A stretch of 63,729 nucleotides of DNA, counting the filler, from Atractiella rhizophila (taxonomy: Eukaryota): NCBI GenBank assembly GCA_021432655.1. It is 8 parts of 7 records of this genome, joined end to end, with 100 filler letters (N's around TTAATTAATTAA, not from the genome) between each part and the next. Parts side by side here need not be neighbours in the genome. Positions count along the whole stretch, not along the records: positions 16,440 to 42,369 come from MU271314.1; 7 more parts are not named here. One strand, 5' to 3'. The position numbers were made by a program, and so were the translations under genes. This document shows, piece after piece, positions 25,362-39,404 of this stretch (positions are counted from its first letter, which is position 1; the number at the start of each line of letters is the position of its first letter). The notes beneath the pieces are model-generated. The model did not search any database. It had not been told where the DNA came from and worked only from the letters and a program-made list of their open reading frames with translations.

Positions 25362-27606
25362 ATGGCACCCTCACCGAGGACAAAACCACTCAAAATCACA
25401 ATCATTGGGTGTGGAGTCTCCGGTATCTCACTCTCCATCAAACTCTTCGACCAGTTCTCTCGTGACGGCTACGTTTACGGACGAGATTGGACGCTAAAGA
25501 TCTACGAACGCGGCGACGGCCCAGGAGGCACCTGGAGGTGTGTGTCTCCTCTCTGTAGTTTTCATCAAGACTGAACATTGACCGCTGAATCGTGTGCAGG
25601 TACAACACGTATCCCTTATGCGCTTGCGATGTCCCGGTCCATCTCTACTCTCTCTCGTCCCATCCCTCTCCTTCTTGGCCGTCCGCCTTCGCATCCCAAA
25701 CGGACATTCTCCGTTACTGGGAGGACCTGTATACTCGATACTCGCTATCACAGTATACCACCTTCCACACCACTTTCCTCGCCTCCTCCTATTCCGACAA
25801 GACTCAAACCCACACCATCACCCTTTCCACCTCCGAAAAGAAGTGGGAGGAAGAGACGGATGTATTGGTGTCAGCGATCGGCGGCTTCTCTACACCTGTT
25901 GAACCAAAACTGGGCGACTTTAAAGGGGTAAAGTTCCATTCGACCCAGTGGCCGAAGGAACCTCCATTCCCCACCGATTATCCAGAGCAAGGAACGGACA
26001 AGGTGTCGTGGCTCAAAGGGAAGCGGGTAGGAGTGATTGGATCCGGTTCAACGGCGACGCAGATCGTGCCTGCTCTCGTAGGAGTGGATGGCATCGAATT
26101 GCACCAGTTCGTATGTTTTTCCCTTGCTTACAAATGAACGCAGCGCGAATTGGAGCTGAGGAGTCTGGTTGGGATTTGTAGGTTAGGACGCCGAATTATA
26201 TCGCGCCGCGAGTGGTGGGACTCCCGTTTAGGATGCCGTTCTGGTTGATGGGCTTGGGCTTTCCGGTTTGTATTCTTCCTGCCAGTAGGTCTCGAGCTTT
26301 GCTGAAAGGACGCACGGATGGTCGTAGACGAATCCAGATTATTCTCCCTTCGCAAGGTTCCTCTTCCGATGGGTACCAGGAGTGATGAGCCTTTACCGAG
26401 CTTTTATTTTCTTCTCCATGGTGAGTTCAATCCCTGTCTACTGCTCTCCGCCTCTCCTGATGCCTACTTTACTCGACACAGCAAATCTCCTGGTTCTCTT
26501 TCCGCCGCAAAGGGAATGCACGAAACGTGGCAACTGGAAAAGTCTGTCTATCCCCTGCCTCCGCGCATGTTATCCATTGTCCCTCAAGTGCTGATGTCGC
26601 CCGCTGTGCAGCTGTTGAAGAAGTACATGGCTGCATCTATGCCGAAAAAATACCATGACGTCCTTCTTCCTACTTACGAAGTGGGCTGCAAGCGCACCGT
26701 GTCCGATCCTCCTGGAACAGGATACCTCGCCGCTCTATGGAAGGAGAACTTACACGTGCATAAGATGGAAAAGGTGCAGGTGGTGGAGGATGGCATTGTG
26801 GGTCCCGATGGTCAGTCTAACTTTTGACTAAGGCGAGGTAGGGTATTGATTTGATTTTTGATAGGAGAGACAATCAAGCTCGATGTGCTCGTTTATGCTA
26901 CAGGTTTCTCAGTCGCCGATGATGGTCTCACCCTTCCTATCGGTGGGCGAGACCGTGATCTCCCAGCGTACTGGAAATCGAAAGTTGGTCCTGCTTCTCT
27001 CAGAAGGCGTATCGCTCATCCTTTTCTCTTCCTTCGAACTAGGGTGGCCCAGAAGCCTATGTCGGTATTCTAGTCCCTGGATTTCCTAACTTCCTCACCC
27101 TGGTGGGACCAAACGTCATTTCAGGGTACCTTACCTCCTCTCCTCCTAATGAAAAATTGCACTAACGAAATGGTGGGTTTGTGTAGGAACATATCCATCA
27201 TTGCCTTCATGGAAGCCCAGCTCTCCTATGTTATGGACATCCTCAAAACGATGGTAAACCCCAGAAAGAACATTGGCTCCTTTGAGGTGAAGGAGGAGAT
27301 TAGCGATGCGTTCAACAAGGATATTCAGGCAAGGCTGAGCCTCAGCGCGTTGAACGGAAGCTGTGCCAGTTGGTACAAGTATGCTTTTCTTCAACCATTC
27401 TCTCTCAGCTGTTTTAATGTGCTGGATGTAGGACGAATGGTAAGATTACGACCGCTTGGCCAGGACTGTATGCCGAGTGGTGGTGGAAGACGAGGAAGGT
27501 GAGGTGGAACGAAATACACGTTACAGTACGTTTCATTTCCTCTGATTTGTCAGACTGGATCGATCTTAACATGAAGTTGCAGCCTTCAGTGTCAAGAACA
27601 GGCTGA
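25362..27606 (+). CDS. Flavin-containing (Baeyer-Villiger-type) monooxygenase, multi-exon
   Basis: IIGCGVSG (FAD), GGTWR/YNTYPLCACDVP, FxGxxFHSTQWP fingerprint, VIGSGSTA (NADPH), GCKR, YATGF. Confidence 0.92.
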
Positions 27607-28143
27607 ACACTTTATTAAGTTGATGTGATGTGTTCATTGTCAATGCAGCTTCGATCTCCTCGACTCTCCTTTCTGCATTCTAACTTATGCTTATTTGCGA
27701 AGAGCTGGAGCATCGAAATGAAATCCTTTCTCTTCTCTGCAGACTGTGAGGAATGAATCAGGTCAGAACTTGAGCTGGGATTCTTGCGGTTACGGCTTGA
27801 CACTTGCGAGCGAAAGTCCATGAGTAGGCAGTAGACACCATCTTTCAAGTTTGTTTCAACCTCATTAATCGGTTGCCCAAAGAAACGTCAACATCAGGCA
27901 AACTCATAAATTACTGGGAGATACGAGGTGCTATTCAATCATCCACATTGTCCATGCACGTTGCCCATACCTCGTGCCTCCAAGTAATTCTAACTGAGCT
28001 GTTCCAGCACTCTCGCGCACAAGTCGTCGGAACTCGAATTTCATCCAAGTGACTTGAGTGGTGACTTTTCCAACCTTTGCGCCTTCAAATTGCAGAGTTC
28101 AAAGTTTGGCTCGAATAAAGGAGAGCATAACAGATCTGACTGT

Positions 28144-31100
28144 TCATGCTGCCTTTTCGGGATGTATAACACGTTGTAGACCTTTGAGTAGACCATTTGT
28201 CTCCTCTTCCCACTCATCCAGGTTCCACTCCAAAAGCCTCCGAATCATCTCCTCTCCCTCAATCAGTTCGTCCCTCTCTTTCTCCGTCATCGTGTCGTCA
28301 AGGATTTCGACTAAAGCGAACCGATTGATGCAATCAGTTACTTTGGTGGCGCGGTCAAGGACGGCTTGAGAAATGCCAAAAAGGGACGCGCAGAGAGCGG
28401 CGTGCGAAGTAAGGGCTAGGCCAGGACGTAGCCTGTATGAGGATCAGTCGGAGAGCGAAAAGGTAATGGACACAACATGACCTGTACAAATACGTGATCT
28501 GTGCCTCAAAATGCTGCTTGAATTGTTGCGGCGGAAGCAGGATTTCCATATGAGCTAATCCGACAGGCATGTTGAGGTTTAAGATCTTATTCGCGAAGAT
28601 GTCTGCTTTCTTTTCAGCGGCTTTCCCACAATGTCTCAGTGAAATGACTTGCTATGGTGATGCGTAGCCACCAGACTCTTTGGTGAGTCTGGTCCTTTCT
28701 CCAAGAGGTGCTCAACAACAGCGGCGAAAAGAGCAGCTCCATCTGCAGAAGGTAAAGAAAAGAAAACATGGAAGTAGAAGGTCATGTGAAGGGCGGAGAG
28801 GAGCACCTGCAGCGTCTGTTCCTTTGCCAAACTCGTCGATAATCAACAACGATCGAGCAGTAGCGTTCCTCAGCCTGATAATCTTCAAGCAAGGTGAAGG
28901 GATGCCAGTAGAGGACTGACATAAAGCACACTTGTTGAAGGTCGATCATGAAAGCTGATGCAGCCTGAGCATCTCGCAGTTAAGCAGATTTGAGATACGA
29001 GAAAACGACGTGCCTTAGTTATGCTCTCTTTCGTTTGTACGCGAGTGATGATCCTATCTGTCAAACTAATGAGAGCGGTCTGGGCCGGAACAAAGCTACT
29101 CGAACGTGAGAGGTCCTTCTTTCTCACCGAAGGAGTGTGCATACCATCCAATGTGGGCCATCACAACTATCAGAGCGACCTGTTTCAGGAACACGGACTT
29201 CCCGGAAAAGTTGGCACCCTATCCTGTCTTTAACATCTGTGCATTCCATTCCCCGAGAAAAGCAGCGCTGACCGTCAAAATGAGCATGGAATGATTTGGG
29301 TCAAGAGCGTCCACTTTCATCCTTTCGTCGTGCACCATTTCTTGGGCTTCTCCCGGAAGAATTCCCTTCCCTCCTTCGAGAGACACATCGTTCGGAATGT
29401 AGTGATCAACGGTCAGCTCTACGAGGGGGTGTCTACTATCATTTTCAACATGGATATCCCAACAGAGCCCGGAAGAGAGACGAACCTTGCTTGCTTCAAC
29501 CTGCACACGTTCTCTTCTGTCATTGTTGGTCGGTTATAGTTATATTGCTTGGAAACATGAGCAAAACATAGGAGACTGTCCTCGAGTTCAGTGAGTTTAG
29601 ACATAACCGGACCAAAGAAGCAACATACACGTCCAGCTCAGCAAAAGCAGAGCAGATGTCGTATAGGGCGGTCGAGTGCTCGGCGATCCTCTGTTGGAGG
29701 GACTGGACAATCTCGATTTCTCTCCCTTTTGAGTCGTCAACACAGCATTTGCAAGAGGAGAGAGTGTGAAGCGTACCAGCGATCTGAGTATAAATATCCC
29801 CAATGTGAGCATCCAGATCTTTCATCTCGGAACTCTTGTAGTAAGCCGACTCTTCTGTGCTGAACTATGTTATACCTCCCTTTCAGCCTTACTCGAAGGT
29901 TCGAATGGCAACATGACACACCTGAAAGTCCCAACCTTTCCCAGGGACTGGATCTCGTAATTCCCGTTCCGTCCATCCTCTGTCAATCGGCAGAGCACAA
30001 AGAAACCCAAGTTCTATCACTCCCTTCTCAGTAGTATTTTTCATAGAATCGAAGACTCACGGGGAAAGTAAACACAGTTGAACTCTTCCACAGGCAGATC
30101 TTTCGCCAGCTCATTCGCAATTTTCCCCTATTTGCTGCGTGACATCCTAAAAGGGTGAAGGGGCGAGGAACTTACAAGCATGCTGTCCATTCCGGCATAA
30201 ATCCTCCTCTTTTCATCTAATATTTCATCTACGTCGCTCTTCACGCAGATTCGAGGTCGTTGTTCGCTGGACTCATCCCAGTCAATCTGTTCGAATCAAT
30301 CCAATCAAAATCAGTTCCCCCCGCGCGGTTATGGAAACTCGAAAAGGGATGGAGACATCCAATATCGTTGATAAATCCTCCAAGTTCCTTGAGTAACTTG
30401 GCGTCCACCTTCCCTAACACCTCTTTCACGATCCTAACGGCTCTTCCCGTCTTCTGCTCCTCGACGCAGGAATGCATCACATCTCTGACCATCACTGCAG
30501 CGTAGAAGAACTATCCACCGTTCCATTCACCGGTGATGAGAGAACGCGAGATGGAGAAGGATGGAAGCTATGTGACGAACCGTCCAAACTCCTCTCCAGT
30601 CGTTCCATGTCCCCTTCCCATCCATCACCTTCCCCAAGGCTTTTCTTGCATTCTTCGCACCTTTCAATTGTCTCCGCATCTCGTTGGTCGCGCTCTCTGC
30701 AGCCAAAGCATCATGAATGCCACGCCAGGAGGAGCAAAAGATGGAGAAGTTACCTGGAGCAGCGAGGAAGAAGGAAACAGCATCCAATCGCGAATTTATA
30801 ACGGAAAGAGAGCGGGAGGGACGATGTAGCCATGTACGAAGGAGGAGGGAGCCCATTCGGGTGCTGGTTTGGTTGAGAATGCCTACAGATTTGCATTAGC
30901 GATGGCAAGTCTGGAGAGAAAATTGGAGCCAGACCGAAGAGGGACAAGCCTTCCAGAGTCTTTTTCTCAAAAGAGTTGGCGTGTTTGGCATGCTGGAAGA
31001 TCTGGAGACTTCTATACGATGCGAACAAACATCAAAAGAGCAACATTAGTCACATCCTCATTCAAGGCTAAGCGAAGGCAACAACTTACTCAGCTCCATC

Positions 31101-31971
31101 TCCCCCAATCCACATCCATTCATCCCATCCCATCACCTCCACCCTTCTCACGGCTGCACGATACGCCGACTCCTCGTCACTCATCCTACCATCATCACTT
31201 AATACCTCAATGTCTAAGTCAGGTGCATGCAGCTTCTGCAAGTGGGAGAAGATGGGTGGAAGGACAGAACAGCCTATCTTATGGCGTGTGGGGTCTATGG
31301 TTGACTCATCCGTGACGAGGGAGAGGAGTTGCTTTCCCCTGAGGTTTAGATTAGACAGCAGTGTGGAAGGGATATGTGCAGTGATTGAAAGAACTGACCG
31401 GAAGAAAGAGAACTCTTTTGCACTCTTGATGTGTACCGTTAGTTCCATACTGCTTGGAACCGCTCCTTCTTGTAGATGAGTGAGAAGTGCAATATCCGTC
31501 CTGAACGAAGTATAGACCAAAGAGGGATTGGCACTCGTTAATACTACCAACACCGAAATCACGTCAATGGTCCCAGACAAGGATATGAATATGGACGAAC
31601 TCGAGTCCACCACGTCAATACAAACCTGCGGCGTTGGACAAGGGACATCTTCTGCAATGCTGAGTACGAGAGAGGAAGGGTCGTAGTACGCGATTCCCAG
31701 GCAAAATCGCTGAAAGACAAGTGATAGAATAGGCTGTTATCGTAACATGACGCGGTAAATGTAGCCATTGTCTTTAACCTCATACGCAGAAGATACGGAT
31801 CAGACATACACCCTTTAGTTCCTCTTCGGTGTCCTCCACAGTTTCATCTTCGTTTGCAGAGCTACCGATCTCCCCTCCCCATTCTACCTGCTTCTTGGTC
31901 TTACTTTTCTTCCGCGAAGTCACTGACGCGCTCTCTTCCAAATCAGAAAAGTCCCTCTTTCGCCGTGTCAT
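28144..31971 (-). CDS. MSH5: MutS homologue 5 (meiotic crossover protein), multi-exon
   Basis: EGLSLFG, TPMGSLLLRTWLHRP, LTGANASGKS (Walker A), FVPAQTA...ITRVQTKESI, FMIDLQQ, LLIIDEFGKGT, DGAALF, VATH; no mismatch-binding domain apparent. Confidence 0.9.
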
Positions 31972-32321
31972 ATTTTAGATAATCTGCAGAGAAAAGACGT
32001 GGTAAGTGTGTGGTGGTTTGGAAGTGATCGCGTTTCGCGTTTTCGAAATCACGTGCACGGACCTGTACTGGCTTGTAGACAGAACGAACACAGGGCGAAT
32101 ATACACCTTGGACCAAAGCCAAAACGACGATCTCCTCGAGTTCATTTCTGACCGACCTTTCCCTTGAATATTCTTCGCGGTTCCCTGCCTTTCCTACCAG
32201 CCACACTCTTTTCATTCTACTACGTATCAAGGCAGCCCCCAGCTGACGAACGAAATTTCAACAACCAAGAACGCAAGAACCTGCAAGAACCACCCCCAAG
32301 TTCCAAAATAAATTTGAGCAA

Positions 32322-33701
32322 ATGTCGAATTCCAGGGATATTGTCATAGAGATGAGGCAGGGCGATAGGATGGAGGAGAAAGAGGCCATGCTCAGCTCAG
32401 AGGAGAGGGAGAAACATCCTCCCAATTCTCCTCCTAATAAGAAGAAGGAGGAAGAGACTTCCAGCAGACTTATGGTCGCTTTTTCAGTGTCCTTTTACCT
32501 CGTTGCTGCATTGGTGGTGCGTATTTTCCTTACCCTCTATGGGAACAAGCGGGAATATATCTTGATATTGGTGTTGGTGCGGTGGTAGATGGTCTTCGCC
32601 AACAAATGGGTTCTAAACTCCATGTCTCTGCCGCTTTCCATCCTTTTTGTTCAGCTTGTGATTGCTGTGCTTCTTTTGCACGTATCTTCCTTCTTTGGTG
32701 CGTCATTTTTTATCCCGTATTTTCACTATTAGAATTGTGACTGACCCACGCGAAGGTTACCTCCAAATGCCACGGTTCAACATGCAAATGTCCCGCTCCC
32801 TGGCTCCCCTCATTTCTATCAATTCACTTGGATTGATTTTCAACACCTACTGCCTGCGTTTGTGTTCCTATTTCCTTCCCTCCGCTGTTTAACTTCGTCT
32901 GACATGTGAATGGAATGGATAGAATACGTGGATGCCTCTTTCTACCCCATCGCCCGTGGCCTCGTCCTTCCCTTCACCGTCCTCCTCTCCCGCGTTGTAC
33001 TAGGAACGAAGATCAGCGCTGGACCTCTTGCCGGCGTCGTCATCGTTTGCTTTGGCTTCCTCCTCGGGATATCAAGCACCAACATCAACGCCTCCGCCTT
33101 AGGTGTCATCCTAGGTCTTGTATCCTCCCTCACCACCTCCCTCCACGCCATCGTCATCAAGAGCGCTCCGGGAACGACGACTGAGCTCGTCTACTATGTC
33201 AACCTCTGGAGTGCGGCTGTCATGCTTCCCTGTGTTTTGTTGAGCGGAGAACTCCCGATTGTCGTTGCATTGTCTGGAGAGGCTTTCAAGACTTTCTGGA
33301 CCGGTGCACTCGTCACTGTTCGTCATAATCTCTTCCCTGTTTTCATTTATACCCTCTTTCAAATCGTAAACTTATGACGTTACTGTGTGTAACAGGGTGT
33401 CTTCGGCTTCCTCATCTCAATCGCCGGCTTTCTCTCCATCAAAGTAACGTCCCCAACAACCCATATGATCTCCTCTGCCGTTCGCGGAGTTTTGCAAACT
33501 TGGCTGGGCAACTGGTTCTTTGGAGAGATCATCACAAGTGGAAGAGCAGGAGGAATTGCTGTTATCGTTGGAGGGAGCGCTCTTTATGTACGTCTATCTC
33601 CCTGGTTGGCAGAGAATTGAGGTGCTGATTTCTTTCGTACCTAGACTTGGTATAAAGACCGCGAACAAAGGATGAAGCAACAGCAACAGTCGAACGTATA
33701 A
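32322..33701 (+). CDS. Nucleotide-sugar transporter (GDP-fucose transporter/SLC35C1-like, TPT family)
   Basis: MVFANKWVL, FNTYCL, YVDASFYPIARGLVLPFT, SIKVTSPTTHMISSAVRGV; about ten hydrophobic segments. Confidence 0.85.
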
Positions 33702-34182
33702 TAATCTTACCTCATATCTAGCATATCTATTCGATTTCGCGGATCGTTTGATCATTATTTCGACTTTGTCCAAACCAAACACATTCGTAGACGAAGGGAA
33801 CTTGAAGAACCCGTCCACTCTCTTACATCGTTTCGGCCCTTGCATACAGCTTAGAATACTACGATTCTTTCCGAGATCCTTTCAGCTGGAAAAGGTTGTA
33901 ATCCTCTAGTTCAACACGGTTGTTGCATCATCCATTCTCTTTCTTACCAGTTTCTCACCTTCTTTCAATATATAGATTTGACTGCTCGCTTCGATTTGGT
34001 TTAGCTTCTTCTTAAATAGTAGATAAGTTGAATCGAGTTGCAGCTTTTTCTTTTGGGATGCCTTGGAACGCTGTACCTAGGTTGATGTGAGCGAGGTGAA
34101 ATGTGAATATGTTCCATCATCTCATCCTTGCTCGATATCTGCGTAGTTGTACAACCTCTGTTTTGTTCTCAGCAGCTCAAGC

Positions 34183-35620
34183 TCATACTTTTACATTCAA
34201 GGGTGACACAGTGTCTGCTCGTTCAATGCATGCTAGCAGAAGTTCGAAAAACAGGTCCACCTAAGCCGTTATGAGTCAGGATCACCGACAGACATGCTTC
34301 TTATATTGGGGAAGAGCTCGAGATGAAAAGCGTACCTGAGGGATGTCTTCAGCTACCAAACAGTTCTTCCCACTCCCCCAATCCTCCTCGGAACATCGCC
34401 TATAATCCCACAGATCGACTACCGTCTCACCCACCGTCCACTTGCCCTCAAGTTCCACATCAACCCTATACCTCTTCGTTTGGAATATCTGAGGTGCAAC
34501 AACATATGCTAAGGCAACTGCATCGTGGACAGGTGGACCGTGTTCAAAGCCGAATGTGGATTTGTAGGTGGCGGCGAAAAATTGGACGAGGGTCGAGAGC
34601 ATCTGTCGCAATGGAGATGCATGAGTGCCGGAAGGTGAAGGCGCGGTAGGTGAGAGCGTGGAGAGGTGGGCAGAGTGGAATATGCATTTGTGTGTCACGT
34701 TGAGAGGGATCATGACTGCTCGCACTGGCGTGTCGAGAACAATTTGGGCTGCTTCAGCTGTGGTACCCCATGGGAACCATTAAACGCAAAATGGAGAGCT
34801 TGAAACGAAGGCTAGACGCACGATCGCACAATACGTTGTACTCTGGATAAGTTGCATTTCAACAGGATCTTCTAAGATGGGTGGAAGAATTCGTACCAGC
34901 GACGGGACTACGATTTCCTACACCTACACCTCCTCCCATAAAAACAATCTGATCGATTAGCTCTATGAGCTCCGGATGAACGGTCAGGAATATGGCCATA
35001 TTTGTGAGTGGTCCCGTGCAAACAAAAGTGATCTTCTCCCCAGGTTTCTCTAACTTTAGGTATCTAGACTCGTACCAGGCAAGGTGAGCAAACTGCAGTA
35101 AAACCGGGAGTGAAAGAGGACGAACGCGATGACCTTCTCCACCCCCTTCAAGGCACTTTCCCCACCTCCATAACGTGCTTCCATCTGAGCATCAGCAGAG
35201 GGCAGACCAACGACTCCTCCTAGTCCATCAGCTCCATGAATCTCCGGATCGCTCCTAAGAGGCCTCGTGGGTAGCAGAGGACGACTAGCTCCAGCGTAAC
35301 ACAATATTCGTCGTCCCGTTCTCTCTGATCGGTCAGACCCAAAAGCGTGCATCAACCGCAGGGCATTGGAGTAGGTGTGTTTGGGGAAAGCGTTGCCGTG
35401 TGTCTATCAACTGGTATCGATGAGTGTCCTTGTGCATCGATTGGAAACAGCGGACTGTTGAGATCGCGAGAAGGTTGATGTTAGGTGAATGAAGAGCCAT
35501 TAAAATAGCAAGAGCATCGTCTGCAAAACATGTCAGGGCAAGTACACTTGGGCTCAGGCATCTCTCACCGTGACCAGGGTCACAATCAAGCCATACATTC
35601 TTTACCGCAGTCTCTTCCAT
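34183..35620 (-). CDS. Inosine/uridine-preferring nucleoside hydrolase (URH1-like)
   Basis: VWLDCDPGH/DDALAI, EIHGADGLGG, TGPLTNMA, FMGGGVG, MIPLNVTH, PPVHDAVA. Confidence 0.92.
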
Positions 35621-35987
35621 TTTGACACTGCTTCACAATACTCAGGTTGCAATGTACAAGTCTGAACTTGATCAAAGAAGAGTTAGAGTTCGGATAAATA
35701 ACATTTGAATCGTCATTAGTTTATTTGAGCCAGGGTTCACAGTCATTACCAAAGTGAGCACTGTCGTCAAAAGTTTCTGCGATTCACGCCACAAGGCATA
35801 AGTCCCCCGAGAGACAGGCCAAAATTAAATCTGGTGCTTTTGAACCAAAGATCCATGCAATTCCATCTCTATCATCTTAGAAATACAACTCTACGTAAAA
35901 GTGATTAGCAACGGCAATCCGCAAAGCATACTAATGTACCGTATGCATCCCAATCAAGGGTTCTGTCTCCTCCCAGCCTCTGGCTCT

Positions 35988-38529
35988 TCACGACTCGAAG
36001 AATCGGACCGTCACCTCCCTGATCCTCTTCATCGCCAAATTGAGCTCTTCTTCTCCAGACATGGAGAAGGCGATCCTGAAGAAGCACGCTTTCACTGAGC
36101 AAAGCCAATCAACTCAAGAATCCTCCTTGCGGGAGAAAGATGTTGAATGACGCACACTTCATCTCCTCTGTCGCACCGAACATCCTGCCAGGCGAAACAA
36201 GAACTTCACCTTCCGTAGCGACGAGCCGCCAGAGCTCGTCCATCAACTAGAGCGACAAGCATGAGGTGGAGAAACATGACAGAAGGAACGAAAAACAGAC
36301 CTCCATTGTATTGTCACCGCGGCGTCCAACGCCGTTGGAATCCCTGTAGTCGAATTCCTTGAACCTGGGGTGAAGATGGATGTTGAAGCCAAGCCAGACA
36401 AACATTCTATTCGCCCCCTTCTGTCAAACCCCGATGGACAACTCGCAGAACGCAGGCTTACCCAGCCGTCGGAGCAGTGAAGAAGATCAAATCGCTAGTC
36501 TTCATCTTCCTCTCCCTAACCTCAAGCCAACCACCCTCGGATTCCTTCTCCTGCCTAATGCGCACAGTCCTATCCTTTCCACCTTTCTCCTTCCCAACAA
36601 GTCCAAACTCCTTCTCAAGGGCAGAACAAATGTAGTCCCTCCTCTTGGTGTACTCCGACCCAAGAGACTGCAACCACTCATACCACCTATCCATGCCCCA
36701 TTCCTCCACCAACAACTTAGCGATGATACCCTGACTTAATCCGCTCGCTCCCTGAGTGGAAACCTCAGCGTGTCGGAAGATACGTTCGACAAAGAGAGGG
36801 TTCGCAGTGATGAATCCACACCTGACACCTGGAGCGATGACTTTGGAGAATGTGTCGAGACGGATCACCCGACCTTGGTAGTCGATCCGGAGGTAAGATG
36901 GGGCGAGTGACTGCAGCCAGCTCTTCGCGTTCATCGGTTTGGCAGGAGCGGAATTGGCGTTGGAGGAGGAATAGGCGGGCATTTGTAAGAAGTAGTATGG
37001 ATCGTCCTCGACGATTATCACGTCGTACTTGACGCAAATGTCGTAGATCTTCTTTCTCCTCTCCAACGACAGCGTTCCACCAGTTGGGTTCTGACCGACG
37101 CTACCATCACAGAACGTGTGCTTTAGTACTTTGCACCTTCTGCATAGACAAGAAGACGCACGTAACAGTGTACATGACGCGCGGCCTCCTCCCACTTCCA
37201 GTCGTTGGCCAATTCGCGAGCTGGAGCTCCAAGTCCTCCGGCAGCATGCCCTCGGCGTCCATCTTGATGGGAACGAACTGGCGAATGCCCAGAGAACGGG
37301 CAGCTTCCATTGCGGACGGATAGGAGAACTCTTCCACGATCAAGGAGTCGCCTTCGTTCAACAACCTTTGCTCACACATCACGTCAACAGGAGAACGCAG
37401 AGAATGTAACAAGGGGATGAAGTGGTAGGAAGGGTGAAGGAGACATACAAGTTAAAAGCGAGGTAAGTGCCATGAGTATTCCCACAATTGAGAAACACCT
37501 CCCAATCCGCATAGGCAGGTTGATAAATGCTTTCAACATGCGCTCTCAAGAAACCATTCAACGCCGCCACTCCACTCGCTTGTCCATACTGCAACAACGT
37601 CGATAGTGTCAACGGCTGCTGCTTCGGATCGGCGGGTGCACCGGGAGGGGGATACTTTGGAATGGTGATGTGGGTCGTGGAGTGAGCTGGGGAGGAATTG
37701 CTTCCAAAGCCTGTGGATTTGGAGGAGAAGGTGGAGGAGAGGAGGAGGTCGCCGCTGATGGTTTCGACGGGAAAGTATTGGGGGGACGGCATCCCTTTTC
37801 CATCGCGAATGTGAAGTCAGTCAGCACTATCCTGACGGAAACCCAGAACGAAACATGGCGTGCAGATTGCTGAATTGGACAAACAGAAAGACTCGGTGCT
37901 TGTTCAACCGGGACAGTCTCCTCGCCTGCATGATTTGTGTTCTGTCCACGGACCCTTTCCGTCCACCCGTCCACAATCCACAACGGAAGCGGAATGCACG
38001 CCAGAGCACGCAACAACCACGCCATTTGAATTGCTGTGGAGCATCATCGTGAAAGCTATGGCTGACTCATTTTTGACGTCTCCGAGACATCCTTTCCTGC
38101 ACCCAGGGTGGATGCTGGCCCTCGTGCCCTTTCTCCTTTCTCCTTTCTCCTTTCTCCAGGCAAGTGGAAAGAGAGTAGCAACAAGCGGCAAGCACTGCAG
38201 CTGAACTGAAATGTACAATTCTCTCTGTCTTAAAGTTCTCTCTATCTCAGAATCAACAGAAAGGGAGGGATCCTTTGCTTCCTCTGGCATTCCATCGAAT
38301 GCAACCGTTTCGCGCAATTGCCCAACATTGACCACAAAGGCAACAACTGGCGAGAATGCGAAAGAAACTCACCACCAGCCAACTGAATCATGCTCGCCTC
38401 ATGTCCCTCAATGACCTTGTACAATTCCTTCAACGGGCTATTCTTCCTCCCCACGCTCAACTTGCTCAACTGGTGCGAAAAGTCGATAGCTTTCGGCAGC
38501 TTCGAATTGGATGCTGAGCCAGAGACCAT
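35988..38529 (-). CDS. PLP-dependent aromatic/2-aminoadipate aminotransferase (ARO8-like)
   Basis: SPLKELY, LAGG/MP..YFP, LQYGQASG, GQNPTG, IVEDDPYYFLQ, RLDTFSKVIAPGVRCG, FFRIAFS. Confidence 0.9.
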
Positions 38530-39404
38530 TTTGCTGTCCTTGCTGCTTCTCTAGGAGTGGCACCAGGCTGGTGTTAAGTGACGATAAGGAGAGCTGAAAA
38601 GGGAGGGAAGGAAGGAGAGCTTGCTTTATGAAAAGCGATTGGAAATGTTGATAAGAGGCGTGGTAAGCAAGACGGCCGATCATCTGCCCGAGCCGACAGC
38701 AAGCGGCATGGCGCGTCGAGACGCGTCCTGTTAATTCCTGGCTTTCTCCTCCTCGCATCAGTTCTTTTGATGCGATTCGTCTTTGCATGTACAATTAATG
38801 GCATGTAGTGGGATTATGAAGGGAGACTGTGTACGTAAAGGTACGTTTGCAACCATGTGAAAGTAGAACGAGAAAAAGAAAGGAAAAAAATTTGAGGATA
38901 CCGTGAATCGAACACGGACAGGCAGAGCACTGGACAACCACAATCTGACATGCAGCCATTACATCATATCCTCTCAAAGTGTTTCTTTTGCTGCCTGCAA
39001 TCTTTGTACCTACTTACCAGAGGTGTTACTTTCACAGTGGACGACTGATGGAATGCTGTCATTCTAGCGTTACAAAGATTTCATTTCATTTACACATTTT
39101 AGGATGACCTATGGCGCTATCCCGTAGCCTTTCGACGCCCGGACACCGACTTCCACCTGGACGTCCATCCCAGAGCCAAACGGTAGCCTAATCCATCAAC
39201 TCCCCGCGAACGGTTTCGCGGTCTCCTTCCTCACGATGGTGACGTCTCATCAAGGCGCGGAGAGCGTTGAAATGGCTCAAGTTGCACAACACGCTGATGC
39301 ACTGCAGGCATGACCTGATCTTTCCCCCTCTCTTGTCCTGCTTAACATGAATTCGCGGGGTTCAGTCCGGGGTATCTTCTCTGGGAAGGATTGAGAAGGA
39401 AACA

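Noticed and set aside
10294..27606. Secondary-metabolite cluster (Zn cluster factor, methyltransferase, BVMO)
   Set aside because: No backbone enzyme, unrelated genes in between, and a contig spacer splits the set.
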